DNA of 64,000 nt from Antedon mediterranea (GCF_964355755.1 NC_092674.1:10292001-10356000); one strand, 5' to 3'; shown: positions 1-14,129, numbered from the stretch's first letter. The notes: generated by a model from the letters alone, not told the origin. Program-made: numbers and translations.

Positions 1-3000
1 ACAATAACAAATTCACTGTTTTTACTTTGTACATTTAAATAAAATATTGATTGAATAAAATATATTTCTTTATAAACAATGACAATAAAATCGATCAAAA
101 CCATTTCAGAGTGGAACAAAAACAGCAATGCAAAAACATGTGCAAACAGTTATTACTGTAAATTGAATTCACTTTGAATGCTGATAAAACAAGATACAAG
201 AAATGACATTAGCTTCAATATATGTAATATCTCATTACAAAAGACAGCAACATAGTTAAGGCGACTTGATTTATCGTTATTGATGAAATTGAGTGGCTGT
301 GTTTAACGATATGCAAATGAGATGCTGGTTGGAAAACTAACCAGTCTAGCTAATTCACATGCTTGATTCTAATGTAAATTATAAATTAAATCAAATTCCT
401 CCAATTAAAAACCATGTCTGGGACATGGGAGTTATCTTTGGTTTTGATCTGTAATTAGAACAGCTTTTATAGTTGTGGTCTGGAGGCACAGATATTGAAA
501 TGTGCTTGTCTCGCAACCTCAGTTATCAAAATATAAAAATATATCTAAATCTTATTTTTTTTATCTTGAAATTAAAAAAAATTTAATTTCAGGAATCCTG
601 TTATCCATGCAAAATAAATATCATAAGGCATATTCTATAATACAGCATCACATATGTATCACATGTGATGCCTATATCATAAGCCTATAACCTAATCCAA
701 TACAGACACCAATGTGTTACACATGTGACACAGTATTACAGACTTTGCCTATGATACTGGACAACAATGTCATGTGGAGATACAGTACAGCAAATCGGGT
801 GATAAAATAATGCAATCACTTCAGGAACAGAGAATCGGATGATACAGTAAAATACTATGCGATCACTTTAGGATTACAATATTTTGACATTTTAATCATG
901 TCATCATTATTACCCTGATGGTATCTTTCGATAAACTGTATCCATCCTAAAATTATCAAACACATGCTAAATATACTTGAGTAAAATGTACTTTATCAAT
1001 GAAAACATCTTGAAAACTGAAACATCAACATTTAACGCATAGTACAGTAAAAGGAAATTAAAACAATTTTGTTATGTAATGATATCTCAAAATGCACTTT
1101 CAACGGAAAAGCTGACAAGAATTAAAATTAATAAAGAGATGTTGGTACAAGTATAAACTACTCTACAACTTTACATCAGACATCAAAATATTTAGTTATT
1201 CATAGAAAACCTAAAAGTGCTGTTCTATACTTAAGTTAAACATGAGAAAATGACATTTTGTTTTAGTTAAAAAAGATACACATAAGCTATTAAATTTTGT
1301 GTGTGTGCAATGTATATTTAAATAATAATGTATTAAATAATGCTAATTATCTTAAAAGCCATGAAGAAACTCTTGCACTCTTTTTCCTCCAAAAACATGA
1401 TGATACTTATGTCACCTGTGCTGGGGCACCATAATTCTGTTTAGACTAATGTTAGAATGGCGATTTCCTACCTTTCTTTGAAAATACCTCAAGATTTTTG
1501 GCTATCTTTACGAATTTCCATCTATACACCTCACACACACATGCTTTGAAAAATCAAAGCGAAATCCACCGGATGGATAATTTCTACCATGGTATCTGGG
1601 TGTTTACATATTGCATTATACGGTAATCTTTCAGTGATCTGTGGTCTAGTGGTTAAGGTTTGCCCTATCAAATGTTACATGTTTAAATCAGACAAAAGGT
1701 TATTTTATTAGCCCTAACATTTATGATAAAACTAGTTTTCAATTTATAGCATTAATAACCGTTGTTGATTTATGAATAGATTATAAAATGTAACAAAAAA
1801 AATATGAAATAAAATATTTTATTAGGGACAATAAATATTTTTATATCAGGAAATTTTTACAAAAATTTTAATGTTATTACTGTATTACATTTCAACGTTG
1901 AAAGCTTTTGCTGTTATTTTATTTACAGGTATGATAAATATTTTAAAACATTTTTAAATCAGGCTGTGAATATTTTAGCTACTTTTTACAACACTCTTAT
2001 TGCCATTTTATTGTTAATTATTGTATTACATTTCAACGTTGAAAGATTTACTGTTGTTTTATTTATGCAAATAATCCGCCATATTATACATGTCCTACAT
2101 GTTATGTAGAATTATATATTGTGTGCAAATAAGTTCAAAAAATCGTAGGATACAAATAAATTCTATTGATATAAAGAGGAAAAGCATTGAAGAACTAAAT
2201 TAACAAAACCTACTAAAAACTGTACCTTAAATTACATGATTTTTTAAAATCATGCATTATTTATGATTGTAATAATTGCAATAGCTAAGGGGTAAAACAA
2301 GATACCTGAGTAATAGTGGGAATATTTCTATAATGCTGACCGACGGCTAAAACAGATAGGTGAGATGAATCACTTACAGAATATTAATTAAAATTCTAAA
2401 CTATGCGACATACAGTACATTATGGAACACTTCTTTAAAAAAAAACAAGTGATCTGTTATAATATTAATAATCAACAATATTTGTTTAATAGCTATTTGA
2501 TTGTCATTTGCACCACCTGGAATCCATTTAAATGATTTAAAGACCTGTTTGAGCGGGCATAGTCCAACCACCCTCTAAAATTTGCGCCATATTCAAGAGT
2601 TGATGTAATTATCAAGAGGGGCTTATGGGCATAGCCTAGCCCCGACTCCGGACCCAGCTAAGCTGAGCTCTGGAAACAAGTAAGTAAACAAGCAGTAGAA
2701 AATATGCCTTTAAAACCAAGAACAGTTTTTATCTTGCCAGCAGAATTTATGGGTCCACACAAAAAACCACAAATGTTCATAATGGGCGATATATATGTAT
2801 TGTATGTAGTAAGCTACACACACAATCATGTTATTACAATGTTGTGTGCAGTCGATATACTACACATAATGATGTATACGTGTAGTTAACTACACATACA
2901 ATTACGTTATTATAATGGTTGTGTGCAGTGAGCTACACACAAGATCACATTGTCCTAATATATAATATATATCCAGGTTTTCTAACCCGCCTAACATCTA

Positions 3001-3577
3001 TAAATTAAAGTAATCATGACAAATGCATTTCAGTATTGTATTTCTAATTTACAACATATTTTGAAACACAAAGATGAGATAGCACTAATGATCATTGTAT
3101 CTATATTACATTCTAATGGTTTATGATTATAGTAATTAACTTGACAATGCACTTACTAATTATGCTTAAAGGATTTGGAATCACTTCTTCATTGAAAAGA
3201 AAAATATGAGAAATTATAACTGTGTGATAATTATTGCAATGCTAAACTTCCTTCTTTAATTTTAATAGGCTAATTTAAATGCATTAAAAAGTGGAGATAC
3301 TGTATAGTGTAACCACAATTCATGTTTTAAATTTCCTTCAGGCTTATACCAATAGAGGGCGCTTTACTACTTTCTCCATAGATTGATCATTTTGAAATAA
3401 TTCATATTTGAAACATATTTCTAACATTCATTTTAAAATTTATAGTATAAACAGTTATTAGATAAAAATTAAAATGTATTTTTTGTTAATTAAAGATTTA
3501 GAATTATTAATTGTTCATAATTTTTAACTGTTAAAAAAAGCCAGTTCTGTTTCATTGTTTTACGAAGTGCACGATAA

Positions 3578-3626
3578 TACACTAGCAAACTTGCCAAACT
3601 CGTAGTTTGCTAGTGTAGACTAGGCT
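3578..3626. mobile_element. Hairpin remnant of a Harbinger-like MITE
   Basis: Perfect 14-bp inverted repeat tacactagcaaact/agtttgctagtgta. The end GTGTAGACTAGGCT resembles the GTGTAGACAAAGCT end at about 10070. Confidence 0.45.
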
Positions 3627-4538
3627 CAGCATTAGCAAAGTCAGGTTTCAGGTATACCATGTGTTTTCAACAATAAAATAAAGTGTAGTTGAGAATGTCT
3701 TCACGTTTTGGTTTTTGAGCTAGAATCGTCTTCTGAAGAACATTTAAACAATATTCCAACTCGCATTATATTATTATATTATTGATGATGATAATAATCT
3801 ACCAGATCTATGTTTTTATACACAGAACTAGTAATTGAATGAAAGGATGTTTTACGAAAGTAGAATAACAAAAACAACAAAAAACCAAGAAACATGTGTA
3901 CCACCTCAAGTAAATGAATTAAGGTCATATTATCTGGAACAGTAACACAATATATTTAATCTTAGTATAACAACTACAGTGGATTAATTTGATACTCGTT
4001 CATGAATGACCAAAAGACTATGGCAAATTGATTTGCAGTCATTGGTAACCATGATAACCTCACAGTTACGCTATCTACATTTGCTAATTCCCTGGAAATT
4101 CATTTCTAATTAAACACAGATCTCCAAAAATTAATACCTATTACCTTTCTGTGTTGTTCTTAGGAAGTTAAGCTCCCACTGAACATTTCTAGGAATTGGT
4201 ATAGCACCCACATAATTCGGATTAGGATTCTCTAGACTATTACCTTGATATGTGGTTCACTGGTAGGCAAAGCCTAGTTCCTGTTTGGGGTGGTTTTCTG
4301 TAGTATTAAAGCCACACAGATATCATACCTATTTACTTCTTAACCAAAGGCTTTAATAAACACATTTTTCTTTGACAATTAAAACCTAGATCACATACTG
4401 GCTTGATCTTCACTACTACTTAAGCCACATGGAAACTGGTATAGGAACCATTAAAATGAAGATGTCTTCAGTTTTTTAATCATGCTAACTAAAACTACAA
4501 TGTAAACTTTCTGCAATATTTGAGGAAAAAAAACTTAC

Positions 4539-4587
4539 TCATTTGATTGTTCATCTGTGTTTTTCTCTGGATGTTCTGGTTGTTTTT
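4539..4587 (-). CDS. lilli: AFF/lilli 49-nt exon (K)KQPEHPEKNTDEQSN(D/E) (phase 1 to 2)
   Basis: Acceptor tttcttttcatttag, donor gtaagt, open in the frame set by exon 7452-7500. Confidence 0.72.
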
Positions 4588-6531
4588 CTAAATGAAAAGA
4601 AACAATTATATTCTTTAACTACAATTGCCAATATTTTTTCTAATTTACTGTTTTCACAGTGATGTTAAAAACCAGACTCTGCAGGGGGCTAGGGTTCCTC
4701 TTTTGTTATATTGATCATTGGAGAAAAAGAATACAAATTTATAACAACTTTAATAAAACCCAATATAAAACTAGTAATTACTATATTTTATCTTTTTCTC
4801 ATAGAAGTGATGAGAAGCAAAATGGAAGTTACTTTGTGAAATTGAGGGCCATGTTGTAAGGTTTTAACGTCCATTATTCAGTAAATAAATGCAAACATTA
4901 GTCAGCCAAACTATCATAAAAAATTCAAAATAAATGCTATTTGACATATTTATGATGCCCAAACATTTAACTCAAGATAAATCTGTAATGACATTATAAT
5001 TTATTTGTCAGTTTTAACATGATATTGCAATATCACCATGTTCCCCAATACAGTTCATTGTGCATTTTTTATTAGATAATTTCCTAAACTTGTTAACTAA
5101 GGTTTGAAAGCAAAGAAGATCCTAACCATGGAAATCCCTATGAAAAATATTATACATGTTTGCATTAATTCTGTTACATTTGTTTGGTATGACATTTTGA
5201 ATATAAGTTAATAAATAGTTACATTTCATGACTGAATTATCTGTATATATTATATTCATTACTGTTGAATTGCTCCTGCCAGCTGTTTGATATATTTTGT
5301 ATCAGTTTTATTTTCTTTTTACCATTTTATCTTAACAGTTGTTTTTTTTTTTTATTGTAAACAGTTCTATTATATACAAAGTAAATTAAATTTTAACTTT
5401 AAGGAATTTATTTTTATTTTAATGCCAATAATAACATGTTTTCCTTCATTTCTATATGCCATTTCGCATTAAAATTACATCTATCATGCAGATATAAAAA
5501 TCAATTTTCAAATCAATTACAATCTCAAGTTTTTCTTATTTTGTGTTTAATTTCCTTACGATATAAAGCCAGATTGCTGTGGTAAGCTAAACGAGTCTAG
5601 GCTGCCACCTCTGTGACGTATATGGCATTCATTTCTTATGATGATAATGCTGTCTGAGCACTTAAGAAACTAGCCAAATTAATATCATGTGGAGAATACA
5701 AGTCTGTATAATATTTCTCAAAGATTTTCGACATTTTGTTAAATCGACCAAGACTACATGGTTTGGTTAGGTCAGATTAGGTCATTGAATCATAAACTCA
5801 TCATCTTTCAGCCACATTTCCATGATTCTTATTATTTTAATCTTATTAATATTCATTCACTGACCAAAATGTCTCCCTTAATTCTAGATACTATGTCTGT
5901 ATCTAATATAATTCAAATAAAAATGTCTTTTCTTGGCTTTGGAAATGGATAAATATCACACAAAAAAGAACCAATCGTAAATACTGTATGGTTAAAACCT
6001 CAATTTGATTCAGTTCTTGATTGTCAAGTTTTCTGGAGTAATTTTTATTTGCGGTTTCAATTTTACCCCACCCACCCCACCTCGTGCTTGCGTGGTGCAT
6101 ACACAGCTACATTATCTTATTTACTAGAATTATTCCAAACAACTAATTTTGCCAAGTTATCAGATGTTCACATAGAAGCAGCGATTTTCTTCTATTTTCT
6201 AAATTAAATAAAATATGTTGCTGTAGCGCCAGATATCATTTCCAGATTATTATTTCTTCAGAATAATATGAATTGTAATTTTTATATCACTCTGGTCAAT
6301 CAGTTTTATAGACACTTATGCGGATGTATAAATACATGCTTCCAATCTCTAGAATCAATCCACAGCAACACTATAAACCCTTCTTAGTTACTTCAATAAT
6401 TAGGTCAGGGCAAGCTTAATAAATAAAAACATTAAATCTGTACTTAAGCCATGGAATGGATAAATTAAAAGTGTTTGTTGTAATCTATAAGTGTATGCGT
6501 TTCCTTCTTGGCTACAATCTAATTTTTCTTT

Positions 6532-6650
6532 ATAAAGCTCTCTCTGTTTACACAATCAAACTAACAAATGTTATGTGGCCATATAATGGACATGATGATG
6601 GACACATCACTACCATATTTGAGCATATCACACTTTTTTTTGTCAAACTT
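6532..6650. mobile_element. Degenerate short MITE (family AGCTCTGTCTACACTATCAA...)
   Basis: Similar to the copies at 9945-10072 and 16903-17010 (agctc..tgt.tacac.atcaa; ggcacatcac; ttttttgtca). Confidence 0.5.
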
Positions 6651-7451
6651 GCTTATGGCAGATAAGAAGGTTAATCCTATTAATTATAAACCTCCATTTT
6701 TGGGGAGAAAAAAAAAAAAATAAGGAAACCAACTCAATCATACACATTTTAAATCTTCCAGGTGCTTTTAGAACAGCAAGAAAGATAAACTATCTGAATA
6801 ATCTCCCAAAGGGGTTTATCCAATCTTGTATATCATGTGAAAAAGATGCGTTTAAATTCCAGAGGGGAAAATAATACCTGCCCAATTGTATGGGATGACT
6901 ACAATCAGTTGGAATTCGCTCAGATTACATTTTTTTTTTGTATAAAAATTTATGACATATTTGGCTGCTGTTATTGAAATTACACTTTTATATCTGTTAA
7001 TGCAGAAATTTACTATGCTATTTATCATATCTATATCATGTCATATTTGGTGAATTTGATAGGTTCAGATAGATTACAGTAGGTTTACAATCACAGCCCA
7101 TTTTTTTAATGGTGTTAAGTTTTTAGTAAAATATTTGTCATCAGACTATATGATTACTATAGTTGGTTGAATAATTTTTCTGGTTATGTATATTAATCTA
7201 CAAAGCATGTATGGATTTATATTTTCTATCTATGAAAAATGAACAACAAATTTAAAATTTGTTTACTGTTCTGATGATGAGAATAGTTTCTCGAAACATG
7301 TCACATTTACATTTTAAGGCAGTTTGCCTTTTTATTAAATGCCTCGCTATAGTCATCTTAAATTTAAAATTGTATGAAAATGAGGTAACTGATCAAATTA
7401 GAATTGCTTTTGGTAAATCATGTTTTATTTATGTCTGCTTTGAAGACTTAC

Positions 7452-7500
7452 TGTGAGGCGCCATCATTGCTGGTCTTGACTGCCCTGTTTCTTTGATTGT
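7452..7500 (-). CDS. lilli: AFF/lilli 49-nt exon TIKETGQSRPAMMAPH (phase 0 to 1)
   Basis: T-rich tract tttgttttggtttcag, donor gtaagt, open in the expected frame. The phase links to exon 4587. Confidence 0.75.
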
Positions 7501-7589
7501 CTGAAACCAAAACAAACACAAAACATTAAAATCCAGTATTCATAACATGATTTAATTTCCTTGCTAATACAACACAACATGAAACAGTT

Positions 7590-8470
7590 GTAGATTTGGT
7601 AAGTTGCAGACTTGCAAGTGGCAGATTGGCAAGTTTCACACATTGAATAGTTTAAGATTGACAAGTTGCAGACTGGCAAGTTTCAGATTGGCAAGTTGCA
7701 GATTGGCAAGTTGCAGATTGGCATATTGCAGATTGGCAAGTTGCAGACTGGACAGTTGCAGACTGGCAAGTTGCACACATTGAATAGTTTAAGATTGACA
7801 AGTTGCAGATTGACAAGTTGCAGACTAGCAAGTTGCAGATTGGCAAGTTGCAGATTTGCAAGTTTAAGATTGGCAAGTTGCAGACTGGCAAGCTGCTGAT
7901 TGGCAAGTTGCAGACTGGCAAGTTGCAGATTGGCAAGTTGCAGATTGGCAAGTTGCAGATTGGCAAGTTGTAGACTGGCAAGTTGCAGACTGGCAAGTTT
8001 CAGACTGGCAAGTTGCACACATTGAATAGTTTAAGATTGAAAAGTTGCAGACTGGCAAGTTGCAAACTGGCAAGTTTAAGATTGGCAAGTTGCAGATTGA
8101 CAAGTTGCAGACTAGCAAGTTGCAGATTTGCAAGTTTAAGATTGGCAAGTTGCAGACTGGCAAGCTGCTGATTGGCAAGTTGCAGACTGGCAAGTTGCCG
8201 ATTGGCAAGTTGCAGATTGGCAAGTTGCAGATTGGCAAGTTGTAGACTGGCAAGTTGCAGACTGGAAAGTTTCAGACTGGCAAGTTGCACACATTGAATA
8301 GTTTAAGATTGAAAAGTTGCAGACTGGCAAGTTGCAGACCGGCAAGTTGCAGATTGGCAAGTTTAAGATTGGCAAGTTGCAAATTGGCAAATTGTAGACT
8401 GGCAAGTTTCAGACTGGTAAGCTGCTGATTGGCAAGTTGCAGACTGGCAAGTTGCAGATTTCCAAGTTGT
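7590..8470. repeat. 15-bp minisatellite (GGCAAGTTGCAGATT/ACT)n with a periodic cacattgaatagtttaagattga interruption
   Basis: Read directly from the sequence. It produces pentapeptide-repeat ORFs in several frames on both strands. Confidence 0.97.
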
Positions 8471-8749
8471 GGCTAAGAATATTGTGGAATTGAAAATTTA
8501 CGTAATGCCAATTTGCAGATTGCCGTGAAATTTTTTTGGGAATGTATAAAGGCGGACAGTTATTCGCACAATCTGACAAATCGTCTCTGGTAGTGAGGCC
8601 AATAATCTTACTATTTAATTTGTCAAAATGCTACTAGTCATTTTATATCCTACAAGGAAGGCAGATGAAAGATATCTGTCTGATGAAAATATTAACTGCG
8701 CCAAATAGATTCCCCATGTTTTTCAACGATCTGAACACTACTTATTAAC

Positions 8750-9112
8750 CTATAGACACTCTTTATGAGACATGATCTCTATTAAAGGGACACTTTTCAA
8801 TGAAATGAATGTGGGAAGCACTATAGGCAACTCTTTATGAGGAGACATGATCTCTATTAAAGGGACACTTTTCAATTAAATGAATGTGGGAAGCACTATG
8901 GGCAACTCTTTATGAGGAGACATCATCTCTATTAAAGGGACACTTTTCAATTAAATGAATGTGGGAAAACACTATGGCTAACTCTTTACGAGGAGACATC
9001 ATCTCTATTAAAGGGACACTGCCCAATGAAATGAATGAAAGGAAACATTAATGCTAACTCTATTTAAAGAGACACTTTTTTGGTCATGTCCTATTAATAG
9101 GGTTTTACTGTC
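8750..9112. repeat. Tandem repeat of about 72-76 bp (about 4 copies) inside a Tigger/pogo-like MITE
   Basis: The unit contains ctctattaaagggacact, and the array ends in the family's inverted end gtcctattaatagggttttactgt. Confidence 0.8.
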
Positions 9113-9944
9113 CTGTATCAAAACCTTCAGGTTGACATTGGTAACAAATTCGTAATTGAAAATATTTTACTATAATTATAAATAAATATGGAAAATTAAA
9201 GACTAAAGCACTAGCAGGCTGGCCTAAACCATTATATTATTCTGTTAGATGCATATGAAATAACTCTGTACTTTATAATCGTTAGAGAAAAGGTTAACTG
9301 TTAGTAAGTTGACCCCTTCTTGCTACATATACAGTATGTCATAATCTTAATTGGACATAAAACACAAAACAAAAATGTTTGAGTTTTATGTTTCTTTGAG
9401 TGAGCAAACATATGGTATGATTTATTTACATTTAAATTCATAAAAACTAATTTGCATAAAAGTATGTCTAATTTGCATATCTTGTTATAAACAAAAATTA
9501 CATCACACATGAGTGAATTATTTTTCTTCAAATACAAAAAGCAAATTTAGGGAAAAACAAACAAAAAATGGAATGGAAAAAGAATGTTTGTTAAACCTTG
9601 TTTGTTTACTTGAAAAACATTACATTTTTTTAAAAACCCATTAATACTATAAATGATTTTGTTTTGTTTTTGTCAATAAAATTTGATTTAGAAAAATAAA
9701 ATCAAAACATTCATTTAATAACTTTGATAAATTAACAGAAGAATGAAAGTGTTGAATCCATTTTCTCACAGTTTAGTAGAGTAAAAGTTAGTGTGTGCAA
9801 ATTGTAAAAGATGGCGGCAAAGAAATACTATAGATAAAATAAATAATTGTGTACCTTGGATATTGAAAATTATAGAGCAAACAATCAATAAGCAAATAAA
9901 TTAGATGAAGAAGATGGAAATGATAATAGAAGAGAAAAAAACTA

Positions 9945-10072
9945 AAGAGTTTGATGTGCCTATATATGGTAGTGCTATGCTTAAATATGGTAGTAATATG
10001 ACATCATCATGTCCATATATGGGCACATCACATTTTTTTGACACATAAAGTTTGAAAGTGTAGACAAAGCTT
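9945..10072. mobile_element. Harbinger-like MITE, right part
   Basis: gatgtgcc...ggcacatc internal inverted repeat. The end agtgtagacaaagct is the reverse complement of the left end at 16906. Confidence 0.65.
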
Positions 10073-10222
10073 AACATTGCATTGCCGTGGGCATTGGAAG
10101 GAAGATGACCAAAAGAAATGAGGCGGTTGGACTGGAGTAGCTAGAGCGAATGCCGCCAAACAGGGATAGATTGAGGCATTCTGTTGAGGCCTTTAGGTGA
10201 AGAAGTTAGGAGAAGAAGAAGG
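10072..10222 (+). mobile_element. Decayed 3' fragment of an RTE-clade non-LTR retrotransposon
   Basis: Reads NIALPWALEGR*PKE...LERMPPNRDRLRHSVEAFR*, like the recalled RTE C-terminus ALxWxPEGKRxRGRPK..W..LERxAxDRxRWRxxVxAL. It is followed by a GAA-repeat tail. Confidence 0.6.
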
Positions 10223-13200
10223 AATAAATACAGTACAATAAAGCATCATCATCAATAACTGAATTTGTATTACAAAATTGTCCTTGGAATCAGGAAGTTG
10301 GCACAGCCTTGACATAAAAATATCATAATTATCAGTGTTTACCTTTGAAGTATTACAGCCTAGTCTGGTGCCTAGCGTTTGCAATCGCATGTCTCCTTAA
10401 TACCTAACCTTGTCGAACAAGGTCATGCAAAGATATTCAACTTATCACTGTCATTTTTTTATCGCAATATAAACAGTATGGTAACTAGAAAATTGAGTTG
10501 ATTGGTCAGTAAGAACGTCAAATCGTTATCTTTTCAGCCAGCACATACTGTATGTAGCAAGAAGAAACGACTACGGTATGATTAGCCAGCATCTCTAAAA
10601 GCCTCTGGGACAGATTTAAGGAGGGAGGGGGAAGATTGGGTGCTTTTGACAGCTATAATGAAATTATGAACAACTTTTTGACATGACAAACTTAGCCCTC
10701 CCCTGTTTAAACAAATCTAGGATCTCCTGAGCCTTATGTGAAAAAAACGTATGCCATTATAATGGGTTTGTTATTTGGGCCAGTGGGATTATCACACCAA
10801 AGCGGCAGAAATTTGATAATGGCCACATAAAGACTTAATAAGCATTGAAGCAGATTTTGTTCGTTAATGCAATATCATTATTTCCTTCGTGGCGTGAAAA
10901 TGAAATCTTTATGCATAACCATGAAAATGTTGAGATTTTAAAGTCATTCATTATCATATATATTTGTGCTATTTATGGTATCATTTTTTAGAAATATCAA
11001 CAAGGTAACTTAATGTTTATATCGGAAATACATTAAATACGAAAAATATGTATCTAAAAAAAAATTTAATTTAATATCCTAGGGATTTAATCCAATCTCC
11101 AATCAGAATCATTTGGAAATAGATTTAATGTTGTGATTGCGGACTGGTCGATTATAGTACAGGGGTGCTCTGAGAACTTTTCATATTTAAGCCCTCCGTT
11201 TGAAGAGCATGTGCTATTGCTGGTTTATCCAGGTAAGTTGGCACGAAAAGTAAAAAAATAAGTACCCCTAAGCACAAAATGCGTTTAGATTCCATTTCAA
11301 TAATTGCTTATTTTTACTGTAAAAATATTCTATAAAACACTACAACACATTAGTACACAGTATTCGAGTATACAAATATTTACACATAATTATTTGTATT
11401 CATGTATTAAAGTATGTCAAATTTAACCATTTCCCCAAGTGATTTAAATACATAATTTTAGAAATTCTTAACCCAAAGCTTTTCATTTGGAAGAAAACAA
11501 GTCATTTATCCAATTTCCTTAGCGGTCTATTTTGAACGCCACACACCGCAGGGGCTTCTCAGTTTTTATGTACAAAAATAAAGCATTAAATAAATACCTA
11601 ATTCATGTATCAGAATACAGAATATTATTATTCTTATCTCATGCTGTGATTTTACATCTCAAAGAATCTCATATTCCAAAGATATTTTATGAATTTTTTT
11701 AATGTACTTTTAAAATGGAGGATAATCAAACTTAAAGTCGTTAAGAGACAATACGCTTGGGAAGTTTTAGAAATGATGTTATTTTACCTTGAATTTAATT
11801 TATGTACGCCCCCAAGATATATCCTTTATTAAAATATAAATAGCCTCAAGAAATATTATTTAGAAACCATGATTATTTTGAATATTTCATAGTGTATTTT
11901 CGAATTATTTTTTGACCACACGTTTGTTGATTAATGTACGTTCTGCATCAACGAATCCACACACTCGTTGACAAAATGTCATTCAATATGTGCTGTGTAA
12001 CCACATAGCCCCTCTAGACTATCAAAAACGAAAGTAAGTTTTATTGGGTTTAAGACTCCAATACGATAGTGAGTGTGAATTTAACGACTTTCTCAGTTTT
12101 TATGGCAGTATACTTGTCTGAATGGCCTAGAAAGTAGATGAAGGGCTAAAGGGAAATCTAAAGATTGGCGTTGAATGTAAATAAAATGCTTCATTTACAC
12201 AAATATACATTACTCAAGATGTAATAATAAAAATGGTCATTACTATCAAATTGCTTTGCTGAATAGTAATATAAAGTCCTACATTTTGTCAACTTATCCT
12301 GCCTTAAAAGAGTGTCTTTATGAGTAAACTGGGCCGAAACTTTATCGACAACTTTACATTTTCCTCAAATAAAAGAAATAATTGTAAATATACCTATGGT
12401 TACATATTGTAAATTTGATTTGATCACTTATTTATTTAGGCAGTGTTCAGGCATTTTATAATTTAATTATTTGTGAAAATTATCATATCTTATGCGAATT
12501 TAATTCTACAATTATTTTACTTCTAATGTTAAACCAATCCAATGATAAATAAATGATAAATTGAGAATTACACAAATGATTACATTTTGGTATTTTAACT
12601 ATAATAACACTTTCTTGACTTATTAAAGATTAAAATTTGGGTCAGACTATTGATTTGTACAATGTGAGCATACAGCCATTACTGACATTTTAAAAATATA
12701 GTGTCAAATATATTAGATTATATTATTATTAGTACTACACTCTAGATTAGCTAATATTACTAAACACCCAAGTATATACTTGCAATTTGCTTGGTTAATT
12801 TCGTATCACATGACGTTCATTATTAGTGATATTTAATGGTTCTATTGCATGTTTATATACAATTTTATATATTTAGGAGACGTGAGGCCAACCAACCTCA
12901 ACTGTTGATTTATTTTTGATATTTTTTCGTTGGTGTTAAACCAGGTAACAACTGAATTTTACTACGTTTCGTGAACTCTAGAGTCACATTTTTAAGTGCT
13001 CTTTCATTGAAGAAACAGCAATTATTTACTGTAAACAACAATATACTAAACTTTTATTTGTTGAAAGCCTGAACGTGCTATTTAATAAAAGGTCACATTT
13101 TAATAAACTTTTTCAACTCATGAACATTCTATCATAATGAACTAATAAATATTAATTATTTATATATACAAACTACAACAAGATACATGCTTTTTAATAC

Positions 13201-13984
13201 GACATTAAATTGTTTGTTAATTTATGCTAATGTATGATTTTACCAAACTGTAAATACATACTGCTCTCTAGAGACTGGACTATCAATTTATAGATTAATA
13301 TTTTAATTACACTTTTACAGTACAAATAATACTGTTTTGAATCTGGATTAATAATGTTATCCTATAACAAAGTTATTATATTATATATTTGTTGCATTGT
13401 TATCGTAATTGTAGATTCATCATCGTCTATTAGTATGAATAAAGAATGAATTAAAATCAAAATGAATATTGCATGAATTATTGTTATGTTAACTAAAATT
13501 AGAAAAATATGAATTATAATAAGTCAATAAACTTCTTTATCAACTCAAGTTATAAATAGACCACAGATATTATTAAGCACTAGTTGTAAGTAATTACAAC
13601 TGTTCAAAAAGTGCTCCTTCATGGAGAGGGAACCACACAATATGTTGGCTGCAATCAACCATTTGATACGTCAGTCACGTACACTGCGTCTGCGTTATAA
13701 GCGTGCAGAGAATATTAAGGCATTCAAAACATATATTGTATATAATTTACTCATTTAATTTATTCATTTCATTACGATTAACAATATAATTATTTTCAAA
13801 AAAAGTTTATTATGCTTTAACAAAAATATGTGTTATGATTTGTGTTCTTAAATTATTTTAGATTAATTTTATAGTACTGTATAAACAATAATATTTTAAC
13901 TATGGCGGCCATCTTGAGTTGTGGTCCCCCCCCCCCCCTCCTGTTGGAATCACTTTGTCTATGCAGATGACGATCTAGTACAAA

Positions 13985-14129
13985 AGGCCAATTTACACAG
14001 ACGAGTGTTTACGGTTAGCGGTAAGCAGAAAACAAAAACATAGAATCTATGTTATTTCTCACCACGCCGAACAGAAAAACATCGAGGATCTACACGGTTT
14101 TCCGTTACTGCTAGTCTATAAATTGGCCT
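13985..14129. mobile_element. 145-bp MITE with TIR AGGCCAATTTA (Harbinger-like)
   Basis: aggccaattta...taaattggcct with flanks aaa/taa, plus internal inverted cggtaagcagaaaac / gttttccgttactg. Confidence 0.6.

Noticed and set aside
1638-1695. tRNA gene
   Set aside because: Only an A-box-like tctgtggtctagtggttaagg remains, with no intact B box or cloverleaf. It is probably a decayed tRNA-derived repeat.
4145-4188. Possible next AFF exon (NVQWELNFLRTTQK)
   Set aside because: Weak polypyrimidine tract and no similarity to the expected acidic LxxDLxLS motif.
7652-8405. Pentapeptide-repeat or antifreeze-like proteins
   Set aside because: Overlapping ORFs in several frames on both strands come from a 15-bp minisatellite, with frame-breaking interruptions.
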